Positions 1 through 12,900 of a stretch of DNA of 64,000 nt are shown piece after piece. Source of the stretch: Paragordius varius (lineage: Eukaryota > Animalia > Nematomorpha); assembly GCA_964247055.1 (NCBI GenBank), contig OZ176053.1:14074001-14138000 (forward strand), given 5' to 3'. Position 1 is the stretch's first letter, and every line of letters begins with the position of its first letter. A program made the position numbers and the translations under genes. The notes under the pieces are model-generated. The model was not told the DNA's origin. It saw nothing but the letters and a program-made list of their open reading frames with translations, and made no database searches.

Positions 1-47
1 ATAGTCCGATCCCCAAAATATTTGGGGTGATGATGGAACTACCATAG

Positions 48-105
48 GGCTACCCAAAAAAAATTATGGCGACATCACCTGATCAAATTTGGATTTTAGG
101 TAGCC
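48..105. repeat. Intra-monomer inverted repeat GGCTACCCAAAA / TTTTAGGTAGCC (11/12 match; first copy)
   Basis: 48-59 pairs with 94-105 with one mismatch. A second pair, GGTGATG (26-32) / CATCACC (73-79), is also present. Confidence 0.9.
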
Positions 106-133
106 ATTTTTATTTTTAAAATCGTATAAAATA

Positions 134-157
134 AATTTTTTAAATATTTAAAAAATT
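134..157. repeat. Perfect 24-bp AT-only palindrome AATTTTTTAAATATTTAAAAAATT (first copy; present in most monomers)
   Basis: Bases 134-157 equal their own reverse complement, checked base by base. Confidence 0.95.
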
Positions 158-3100
158 CAAAAAAATTACATTTATACTCCGATCTCGACAATATTTGGGG
201 TGATGATGGAATTACCATAGGGCTACCCAAAAAAAATTATGGTGACATCACCTGATCAGATTTGGATTTTAGGTAGCCATTTTTATTTTTAATATCGTAT
301 AAAATAAATTTTTTAAATATTTAAAAAATTCATAAAAATTACATTTATACTCCGATCTCGACAATATTTGGGGTGATGATGGAACTAGCATAGGGCTACC
401 CAAAAAAAATTATGGTGACATAACCTGATCAAATTTGGATTTTAGGTAGCCATTTTTATTTTTAAAATCGTATAAAATAAATTTTTTAAATATTTAAAAA
501 ATTCATAAAAATTACATTTATACTCCGATCTCGACAATATTTGGGGTGATGATGGAACTAGCATAGGGCTACCCAAAAAAAATTATGGTGACATAACCTG
601 ATCAAATTTGGATTTTAGGTAGCCATTTTTATTTTTAAAATCGTATAAAATAAATTTTTTAAATATTTAAAAAATTCATAAAAATTACATTTATACTCCG
701 ATCTCGAAAATATTTGGGGTGATGATGGAATTACCATAGGGCTACCCAAAAAAAATTATGGTGACATAACCTGATCAAATTTGGATTTTAGGTAGCCATT
801 TTTATTTTTAAAATCGTATAAAATAAATTTTTTAAATATTTAAAAAATTCATAAAAATTACATTTATACTCCGATCTCGACAATATTTGGGGTGATGATG
901 GAACTAGCATAGGGCTACCCAAAAAAAATTATGGTGACATCACCTGATCAAATTTGGATTTTAGGTAGCCATTTTTATTTTTAAAATCGTATAAAATAAA
1001 TTTTTTAAATATTTAAAAAATTCATAAAAATTACATTTATACTCCGATCTCGAAAATATTTGGGGTGATGATGGAACTACCATAGGGCTACCCAAAAAAA
1101 ATTATGGTGACATCACCTGATCAAATTTGGATTTTAGGTAGCCATTTTTATTTTTAAAATCGTATAAAATAAATTTTTTAAATATTTAAAAAATTCATAA
1201 AAATTACATTTATACTCCGATCTCGAAAATATTTGGGGTGATGATGGAACTACCATAGGGCTACCCAAAAAAATTATGGTGACATCACCTGATCAAATTT
1301 GGATTTTAGGTAGCCATTTTTATTTTTAAAATCGTATAAAATAAATTTTTTAAATATTTAAAAAATTCATAAAAATTACATTTATACTCCGATCTCGACA
1401 ATATTTGGGGTGATGATGGAACTACTAGAGGGCTACCCAAAAAAAATTATGGTCACATCACCTGATCAAATTTGGATTTTAAGTAGCCATTTTTATTTTT
1501 AATATCGTATAAAATAAATTTTTTAAATATTTAAAAAATTCATAAAAATTACATTTATACTCCGATCTCGACAATATTTGGGGTGATGATGGAATTACCT
1601 TAGGACTACCCAAAAAAAATTATGGTGACATCACCTGATCAAATTTGGATTTTAGGTAGCCATTTTTATTTTTAAAATCGTATAAAATAAATTTTTTAAA
1701 TATTAAAAAAATTCATAAAAATTACATTTATACTCCGATCTCGAAAATATCTTAGGTGATGATGGAACTACCATAGGGCTACCCAAAAAAAATTATGGCG
1801 ACATCACCTGATCAGATTTGGATTTTAGGTAGCCATTTTTATTTTTAATATCGTATAAAATAAATTTTTTAAATATTTAAAAAATTCATAAAAATTACAT
1901 TTAAAGTCCGATCTCGAAAATATTTGGGGTGATGATGGAACTACCATAGGGCTACCCAAAAAAAATTATGGCGACATCACCTGATCAAATCTGGATTTTA
2001 GGTAGCCATTTTTATTTTTAAAATCGTATAAAATAAATTTTTTAAATATTTAAAAAATTCAAAAAATTACATTAATACTCCGATCTCGACAATATTTGGG
2101 GTGATGATGGAATTACCATAGGGCTACCCAAAAAAAATTATGGCGACATCACCTGATCAAATCTGGATTTTAGGTAGCCATTTTTATTTTTAAAATCGTA
2201 TAAAATAAATTTTTTAAATATTTAAAAAATTCAAAAAAATTACATTTATACTCCGATCTCGACAATATTTGGGGTGATGATGGAATTACCATAGGGCTAC
2301 CCAAAAAAAATTATGGTGACATCACCTGATCAAATTTGGATTTTAGGTAGCCATTTTTATTTTTAATATCGTATAAAATAAATTTTTTAAATATTTAAAA
2401 AATTCATAAAAATTACATTTATACTCCGATCTCGACAATATTTGGGGTGATGATGGAACTACTAGAGGGCTACCCAAAAAAAATTATGGTCACATCACCT
2501 GATCAAATCTGGATTTTAGGTAGCCATTTTTATTTTTAAAATCGTATAAAATAAATTTTTTAAATATTTAAAAAATTCAAAAAATTACATTTATACTCCG
2601 ATCTCGACAATATTTGGGGTGATGATGGAATTACCATAGGGCTACCCAAAAAAAATTATGGTGACATCACCTGATCAAATTTGGATTTTAGGTAGCCATT
2701 TTTATTTTTAAAATCGTATAAAATAAATTTTTTAAATATTTAAAAAATTCAAAAAAATTACATTTATACTCCGATCTCGACAATATTTGGGGTGATGATG
2801 GAATTACCATAGGGCTACCCAAAAAAAATTATGGTGACATCACCTGATCAGATTTGGATTTTAGGTAGCCATTTTTATTTTTAATATCGTATAAAATAAA
2901 TTTTTTAAATATTTAAAAAATTCATAAAAATTACATTTAAAGTCCGATCTCGAAAATATTTGGGGTGATGATGGAACTACCATAGGGCTACCCAAAAAAA
3001 ATTATGGCGACATCACCTGATCAAATCTGGATTTTAGGTAGCCATTTTTATTTTTAAAATCGTATAAAATAAATTTTTTAAATATTTAAAAAATTCAAAA

Positions 3101-3974
3101 AATTACATTAATACTCCGATCTCGACAATATTTGGGGTGATGATGGAATTACCATAGGGCTACCCAAAAAAAATTATGGCGACATCACCTGATCAAATCT
3201 GGATTTTAGGTAGCCATTTTTATTTTTAAAATCGTATAAAATAAATTTTTTAAATATTTAAAAAATTCAAAAAAATTACATTTATACTCCGATCTCGACA
3301 ATATTTGGGGTGATGATGGAATTACCTTAGGGCTACCCAAAAAAAATTATGGTGACATCACCTGATCAAATTTGGATTTTAAGTAGCCATTTTTATTTTT
3401 AATATCGTATAAAATAAATTTTTTAAATATTTAAAAAATTCATAAAAATTACATTTATACTCCGATCTCGACAATATTTGGGGTGATGATGGAACTACCA
3501 TAGGGCTACCCAAAAAAATTATAGTGACATCACCTGATCAAATTTGGATTTTAGGTAGCCATTTTTATTTTTAAAATCGTATAAAATAAATTTTTTAAAT
3601 ATTTAAAAAATTCATAAAAATTACATTTATACTCCGATCTCGAAAATATTTGGGGTGATGTTGGAACTACCATAGGGCTACCCAAAAAAAATAATAATGA
3701 CATCACCTGATCAAATTTGGATTTTAGGTAGCCATTTTTATTTTTAAAATCGTATAAAATAAATTTTTTAAATATTTAAAAAATTCAAAAAAATTACATT
3801 TATACTCCGATCTCGACAATATTTGGGGTGATGATGGAATTACCTTAGGGCTACCCAAAAAAAATTATGGTGACATCACCTGATCAAATTTGGATTTTAA
3901 GTAGCCATTTTTATTTTTAATATCGTATAAAATAAATTTTTTAAATATTTAAAAAATTCATAAAAATTACATTT

Positions 3975-6900
3975 ATACTCCGATCTCGACAATATTTGGG
4001 GTGATGAAGGAACTACCATAGAGCTACCCAAAAAAAATTATGGTGACATAACCTGATCAAATTTGGATTTTAGGTAGCCATTTTTATTTTTAAAATCGTA
4101 TAAAATAAATTTTTTAAATATTTAAAAACTTCATAAAAATTACATTTATAGTCCGATCCCCAAAATATTTGGGGTGATGATGGAACTACCATAGGGCTAC
4201 CCAAAAAAAATTATGGCGACATCACCTGATCAAATTTGGATTTTAGGTAGCCATTTTTATTTTTAAAATCGTATAAAATAAATTTTTTAAATATTTAAAA
4301 AATTCATAAAAATTACATTTAAAGTCCGATCTCGAAAATATTTGGGGTGATGATGGAACTACCATAGGGCTACCCAAAAAAAATTATGGCGACATCACCT
4401 GATCAAATCTGGATTTTAGGTAGCCATTTTTATTTTTAAAATCGTATAAAATAAATTTTTTAAATATTTAAAAAATTCAAAAAATTACATTTATACTCCG
4501 ATCTCGACAATATTTGGGGTGATGATGGAATTACCATAGGGCTACCCAAAAAAAATTATGGCGACATCACCTGATCAAATCTGGATTTTAGGTAGCCATT
4601 TTTATTTTTAAAATCGTATAAAATAAATTTTTTAAATATTTAAAAAATTCAAAAAAATTACATTTATACTCCGATCTCGACAATATTTGGGGTGATGATG
4701 GAATTACCTTAGGGCTACCCAAAAAAAATTATGGTGACATCACCTGATCAAATTTGGATTTTAAGTAGCCATTTTTATTTTTAATATCGTATAAAATAAA
4801 TTTTTTAAATATTTAAAAAATTCATAAAAATTACATTTAAAGTCCGATCTCGAAAATATTTGGGGTGATGATGGAACTACCATAGGGCTACCCAAAAAAA
4901 ATTATGGCGACATCACCTGATCAAATCTGGATTTTAGGTAGCCATTTTTATTTTTAAAATCGTATAAAATAAATTTTTTAAATATTTAAAAAATTCAAAA
5001 AATTACATTTATACTCCGATATCGACAATATTTGGGGTGATGATGGAATTACCTTAGGGCTACCCAAAAAAAATTATGGTGACATCACCTGATCAAATTT
5101 GGATTTTAAGTAGCCATTTTTATTTTTAATATCGTATAAAATAAATTTTTTAAATATTTAAAAAATTCATAAAAATTACATTTATACTCCGATCTCGACA
5201 ATATTTGGGGTGATGATGGAACTACCATAGGGCTACCCAAAAAAATTATAGTGACATCACCTGATCAAATTTGGATTTTAGGTAGCCATTTTTATTTTTA
5301 AAATCGTATAAAATAAATTTTTTAAATATTTAAAAAATTCATAAAAATTACATTTATACTCCGATCTCGAAAATATTTGGGGTGATGATGGAACTACCAT
5401 AGGGCTACCCAAAAAAAATAATAATGACATCACCTGATCAAATTTGGATTTTAGGTAGCCATTTTTATTTTTAAAATCGTATAAAATAAATTTTTTAAAT
5501 ATTTAAAAAATTCATAAAAATTACATTTATACTCCGATCTAGTAAAAAATTTGGGGTGATGATGGAACTACCATAGGCTACCCAAAAAAATTATGGTGAC
5601 ATCACCTGATCAAATTTGGATTTTAGGTAGCCATTTTTATTTTTAAAATCGTATAAAATAAACTTTTTAAATATTTAAAAAATTCATAAAAATTATATTT
5701 ATACTCCGATCTCGAAAATATTTGGGGTGATGATGGAACTACCATAGAGCTACCCAAAAAAAATTATGGTGACATAACCTGATCAAATTTGGATTTTAGG
5801 TAGCCATTTTTATTTTTAAAATCGTATAAAATAAATTTTTTAAATATTTAAAAACTTCATAAAAATTACATTTATAGTCCGATCCCCAAAATATTTGGGG
5901 TGATGATGGAATTACCTTAGGGCTACCCAAAAAAAATTATGGTGACATCACCTGATCAAATTTGGATTTTAAGTAGCCATTTTTATTTTTAAAATCGTAT
6001 AAAATAAATTTTTTAAATATTTAAAAACTTCATAAAAATTACATTTATAGTCCGATCCCCAAAATATTTGGGGTGATGATGGAACTACCATAGGCTACCC
6101 AAAAAAATTATGGTGACATCACCTGATCAAATTTGGATATTAGGTAGCCATTTTTATTTTTAAAATCGTATAAAATAAACTTTTTAAATATTTAAAAAAT
6201 TCATAAAAATTATATTTATACTCCGATCTCGAAAAAATTTGGGGTGATGATGGAACTACCATAGAGCTACCCAAAAAAAATTATGGTGACATAACCTGAT
6301 CAAATTTGGATTTTAGGTAGCCATTTTTATTTTTAAAATCGTATAAAATAAATTTTTTAAATATTTAAAAACTTCATAAAAATTACATTTATAGTCCGAT
6401 CCCCAAAATATTTGGGGTGATGATGGAATTACCTTAGGGCTACCCAAAAAAAATTATGGTGACATCACCTGATCAAATTTGGATTTTAAGTAGCCATTTT
6501 TATTTTTAATATCGTATAAAATAAATTTTTTAAATATTTAAAAAATTCATAAAAATTACATTTATACTCCGATCTCGAAAATATTTGGGGTGATGATGGA
6601 ACTACCATAGGGCTACCCAAAAAAATTATAGTGACATCACCTGATCAAATTTGGATTTTAGGTAGCCATTTTTATTTTTAAAATCGTATAAAATAAATTT
6701 TTTAAATATTTAAAAAATTCATAAAAATTACATTTATACTCCGATCTCGAAAATTTTGGGGTGATGATGGAACTACCATAGGGCTACCCAAAAAAAATAA
6801 TAATGACATCACCTGATCAAATTTGGATTTTAGGTAGCCATTTTTATTTTTAAAATCGTATAAAATAAATTTTTTAAATATTTAAAAAATTCATAAAAAT

Positions 6901-9900
6901 TACATTTATACTCCGATCTAGTAAAAAATTTGGGGTGATGATGGAACTACCATAGGCTACCCAAAAAAATTATGGTGACATCACCTGATCAAATTTGGAT
7001 TTTAGGTAGCCATTTTTATTTTTAAAATCGTATAAAATAAACTTTTTAAATATTTAAAAAATTCATAAAAATTATATTTATACTCCGATCTCGACAATAT
7101 TTGGGGTGATGATGGAATTACCATAGGGCTACCCAAAAAAAATTATGGCGACATCACCTGATCAAATCTGGATTTTAGGTAGCCATTTTTATTTTTAAAA
7201 TCGTATAAAATAAATTTTTTAAATATTTAAAAAATTCAAAAAAATTACATTTATACTCCGATCTCGACAATATTTGGGGTGATGATGGAATTACCTTAGG
7301 GCTACCCAAAAAAAATTATGGTGACATCACCTGATCAAATTTGGATTTTAAGTAGCCATTTTTATTTTTAATATCGTATAAAATAAATTTTTTAAATATT
7401 TAAAAAATTCATAAAAATTACATTTATACTCCGATCTCGACAATATTTGGGGTGATGATGGAACTACCATAGGGCTACCCAAAAAAATTATAGTGACATC
7501 ACCTGATCAAATTTAGATTTTAGGTAGCCATTTTTATTTTTAAAATCGTATAAAATAAATTTTTTAAATATTTAAAAAATTCATAAAAAATACATTTATA
7601 CTCCGATCTCGAAAATATTTGGGGTGATGATGGAACTACCATGGGGCTACCCAAAAAAAATAATAATGACATCACCTGATCAAATTTGGATTTTAGGTAG
7701 CCATTTTTATTTTTAGAATCGTATAAAATAAATTTTTTAAATATTTAAAAACTTCATAAAAATTACATTTATAGTCCGATCCCCAAAATATTTGGGGTGA
7801 TGATGGAACTACCATAGGGCTACCCAAAAAAAATTATGGCGACATCACCTGATCAAATTTGGATTTTAGGTAGCCATTTTTATTTTTAAAATCGTATAAA
7901 ATAAATTTTTTAAATATTTAAAAAATTCATAAAAATTACATTTAAAGTCCGATCTCGAAAATATTTGGGGTGATGATGGAACTACCATAGGGCTACCCAA
8001 AAAAAATTATGGCGACATCACCTGATCAAATCTGGATTTTAGGTAGCCATTTTTATTTTTAAAATCGTATAAAATAAATTTTTTAAATATTTAAAAAATT
8101 CAAAAAATTACATTTATACTCCGATCTCGACAATATTTGGGGTGATGATGGAACTACCATAGGCTACCCAAAAAAATTATGGTGACATCGCCTGATCAAA
8201 TTTGGATTTTAGGTAGCCATTTTTATTTTTAAAATCGTATAAAATAAACTTTTTAAATATTTAAAAAATTCATAAAAATTATATTTATACTCCGATCTCG
8301 AAAATATTTGGGGTGATGATGGAACTACCATAGGCTACCCAAAAAAATTATGGTGACATCGCCTGATCAAATTTGGATTTTAGGTAGCCATTTTTATTTT
8401 TAAAATCGTATAAAATAAACTTTTTAAATATTTAAAAAATTCATAAAAATTATATTTATACTCCGATCTCGAAAATATTTGGGGTGATGATGGAACTACC
8501 ATAGAGCTACCCAAAAAAAATTATGGTGACATAACCTGATCAAATTTGGATTTTAGGTAGCCATTTTTATTTTTAAAATCGTATAAAATAAATTTTTTAA
8601 ATATTTAAAAACTTCATAAAAATTACATTTATAGTCCGATCCCCAAAATATTTGGGGTGATGATGGAACTACCATAGGGCTACCCAAAAAAAATTATGGC
8701 GACATCACCTGATCAAATTTGGATTTTAGGTAGCCATTTTTATTTTTAAAATCGTATAAAATAAATTTTTTAAATATTTAAAAAATTCATAAAAATTACA
8801 TTTATACTCCGATCTCGAAAATATTTGGGGTGATGATGGAACTACCATAGGGCTACCCAAAAAAAATTATGGCGACATCACCTGATCAAATTTGGATTTT
8901 AGGTAGCCATTTTTATTTTTAAAATCGTATAAAATAAATTTTTTAAATATTTAAAAAATTCAAAAAATTACATTTATACTCCGATCTCGACAATATTTGG
9001 GGTGATGATGGAATTACCATAGGGCTACCCAAAAAAAATTATGGTGACATCACCTGATCAAATTTGGATTTTAGGTAGCCATTTTTATTTTTAAAATCGT
9101 ATAAAATAAATTTTTTAAATATTTAAAAAATTCAAAAAAATTACATTTATACTCCGATCTCGACAATATTTGGGGTGATGATGGAATTACCATAGGGCTA
9201 CCCAAAAAAAATTATGGTGACATCACCTGATCAGATTTGGATTTTAGGTAGCCATTTTTATTTTTAATATCGTATAAAATAAATTTTTTAAATATTTAAA
9301 AAATTCATAAAAATTACATTTAAAGTCCGATCTCGAAAATATTTGGGGTGATGATGGAACTACCATAGGGCTACCCAAAAAAAATTATGGCGACATCACC
9401 TGATCAAATCTGGATTTTAGGTAGCCATTTTTATTTTTAAAATCGTATAAAATAAATTTTTTAAATATTTAAAAAATTCAAAAAATTACATTAATACTCC
9501 GATCTCGACAATATTTGGGGTGATGATGGAATTACCATAGGGCTACCCAAAAAAAATTATGGCGACATCACCTGATCAAATCTGGATTTTATTTAGCCAT
9601 TTTTATTTTTAAAATCGTATAAAATAAATTTTTTAAATATTTAAAAAATTCAAAAAAATTACATTTATACTCCGATCTCGACAATATTTGGGGTGATGAT
9701 GGAATTACCTTAGGGCTACCCAAAAAAAATTATGGTGACATCACCTGATCAAATTTGGATTTTAAGTAGCCATTTTTATTTTTAATATCGTATAAAATAA
9801 ATTTTTTAAATATTTAAAAAATTCATAAAAATTACATTTATACTCCGATCTCGACAATATTTGGGGTGATGATGGAACTACCATAGGGCTACCCAAAAAA

Positions 9901-12900
9901 ATTATAGTGACATCACCTGATCAAATTTGGATTTTAGGTAGCCATTTTTATTTTTAAAATCGTATAAAATAAATTTTTTAAATATTTAAAAAATTCATAA
10001 AAATTACATTTATACTCCGATCTCGAAAATATTTGGGGTGATGATGGAACTACCATAGGGCTACCCAAAAAAAATAATAATGACATCACCTGATCAAATT
10101 TGGATTTTAGGTAGCCATTTTTATTTTTAAAATCGTATAAAATAAATTTTTTAAATATTTAAAAAATTCATAAAAATTACATTTATACTCCGATCTAGTA
10201 AAAAATTTGGGGTGATGATGGAACTACCATAGGCTACCCAAAAAAATTATGGTGACATCACCTGATCAAATTTGGATTTTAGGTAGCCATTTTTATTTTT
10301 AAAATCGTATAAAATAAACTTTTTAAATATTTAAAAAATTCATAAAAATTATATTTATACTCCGATCTCGAAAATATTTGGGGTGATGATGGAACTACCA
10401 TAGAGCTACCCAAAAAAAATTATGGTGACATAACCTGATCAAATTTGGATTTTAGGTAGCCATTTTTATTTTTAAAATCGTATAAAATAAATTTTTTAAA
10501 TATTTAAAAACTTCATAAAAATTACATTTATAGTCCGATCCCCAAAATATTTGGGGTGATGATGGAACTACCATAGGGCTACCCAAAAAAAATTATGGCG
10601 ACATCACCTGATCAAATTTGGATTTTAGGTAGCCATTTTTATTTTTAAAATCGTATAAAATAAATTTTTTTAATATTTAAAAAATTCATAAAAATTACAT
10701 TTAAAGTCCGATCTCGAAAATATTTGGGGTGATGATGGAACTACCATAGGGCTACCCAAAAAAAATTATGGCGACATCACCTGATCAAATCTGGATTTTA
10801 GGTAGCCATTTTTATTTTTAAAATCGTATAAAATAAATTTTTTAAATATTTAAAAAATTCAAAAAATTACATTTATACTCTGATCTCGACAATATTTGGG
10901 GTGATGATGGAATTACCATAGGGCTACCCAAAAAAAATTATGGCGACATCACCTGATCAAATCTGGATTTTAGGTAGCCATTTTTATTTTTAAAATCGTA
11001 TAAAATAAATTTTTTAAATATTTAAAAAATTCAAAAAAATTACATTTATACTCCGATCTCGACAATATTTGGGGTGATGATGGAATTACCTTAGGGCTAC
11101 CCAAAAAAAATTATGGTGACATCACCTGATCAAATTTGGATTTTAAGTAGCCATTTTTATTTTTAATATCGTATAAAATAAATTTTTTAAATATTTAAAA
11201 AATTCATAAAAATTACATTTATACTCCGATCTCGACAATATTTGGGGTGATGATGGAACTACCATAGGGCTACCCAAAAAAAATTATGGCGACATCACCT
11301 GATCAAATCTGGATTTTAGGTAGCCATTTTTATTTTTAAAATCGTATAAAATAAATTTTTTAAATATTTAAAAAATTCAAAAAATTACATTTATACTCCG
11401 ATCTCGACAATATTTGGGGTGATGATGGAATTACCATAGGGCTACCCAAAAAAAATTATGGCGACATCACCTGATAAAATCTGGATTTTAGGTAGCCATT
11501 TTTATTTTTAAAATCGTATAAAATAAATTTTTTAAATATTTAAAAAATTCAAAAAAATTACATTTATACTCCGATCTCGACAATATTTGGGGTGATGATG
11601 GAATTACCTTAGGGCTACCCAAAAAAAATTATGGTGACATCACCTGATCAAATTTGGATTTTAAGTAGCCATTTTTATTTTTAATATCGTATAAAATAAA
11701 TTTTTTAAATATTTAAAAAATTCATAAAAATTACATTTATACTCCGATCTCGACAATATTTGGGGTGATGAAGGAACTACCATAGAGCTACCCAAAAAAA
11801 ATTATGGTGACATAACCTGATCAAATTTGGATTTTAGGTAGCCATTTTTATTTTTAAAATCGTATAAAATAAATTTTTTAAATATTTAAAAACTTCATAA
11901 AAATTACATTTATAGTCCGATCCCCAAAATATTTGGGGTGATGATGGAACTACCATAGGGCTACCCAAAAAAAATTATGGCGACATCACCTGATCAAATT
12001 TGGATTTTAGGTAGCCATTTTTATTTTTAAAATCGTATAAAATAAATTTTTTAAATATTTAAAAAATTCATAAAAATTACATTTAAAGTCCGATCTCGAA
12101 AATATTTGGGGTGATGATGGAACTACCATAGGGCTACCCAAAAAAAATTATGGCGACATCACCTGATCAAATCTGGATTTTAGGTAGCCATTTTTATTTT
12201 TAAAATCGTATAAAATAAATTTTTTAAATATTTAAAAAATTCAAAAAATTACATTTATACTCCGATCTCGACAATATTTGGGGTGATGATGGAATTACCT
12301 TAGGGCTACCCAAAAAAAATTATGGTGACATCACCTGATCAAATTTGGATTTTAAGTAGCCATTTTTATTTTTAATATCGTATAAAATAAATTTTTTAAA
12401 TATTTAAAAAATTCATAAAAATTACATTTAAAGTCCGATCTCGAAAATATTTGGGGTGATGATGGAACTACCATAGGGCTACCCAAAAAAAATTATGGCG
12501 ACATCACCTGATCAAATCTGGATTTTAGGTAGCCATTTTTATTTTTAAAATCGTATAAAATAAATTTTTTAAATATTTAAAAAATTCAAAAAATTACATT
12601 TATACTCCGATCTCGACAATATTTGGGGTGATGATGGAATTACCTTAGGGCTACCCAAAAAAAATTATGGTGACATCACCTGATCAAATTTGGATTTTAA
12701 GTAGCCATTTTTATTTTTAATATCGTATAAAATAAATTTTTTAAATATTTAAAAAATTCATAAAAATTACATTTATACTCCGATCTCGACAATATTTGGG
12801 GTGATGATGGAACTACCATAGATCTACCCAAAAAAATTATAGTGACATCACCTGATCAAATTTGGATTTTAGGTAGCCATTTTTATTTTTAAAATCGTAT

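Noticed and set aside
24-70. G-quadruplex from GGGG, GG, GGG, GG
   Set aside because: Only two tracts have three or more G, and the loops are long. At most a weak two-tier structure is possible.
7-84. Two GATC sites per monomer as Dam/SeqA or iteron-type bacterial origin signals
   Set aside because: A 64-kb gene-free satellite array is not prokaryotic origin architecture. The sites are simply part of the monomer.
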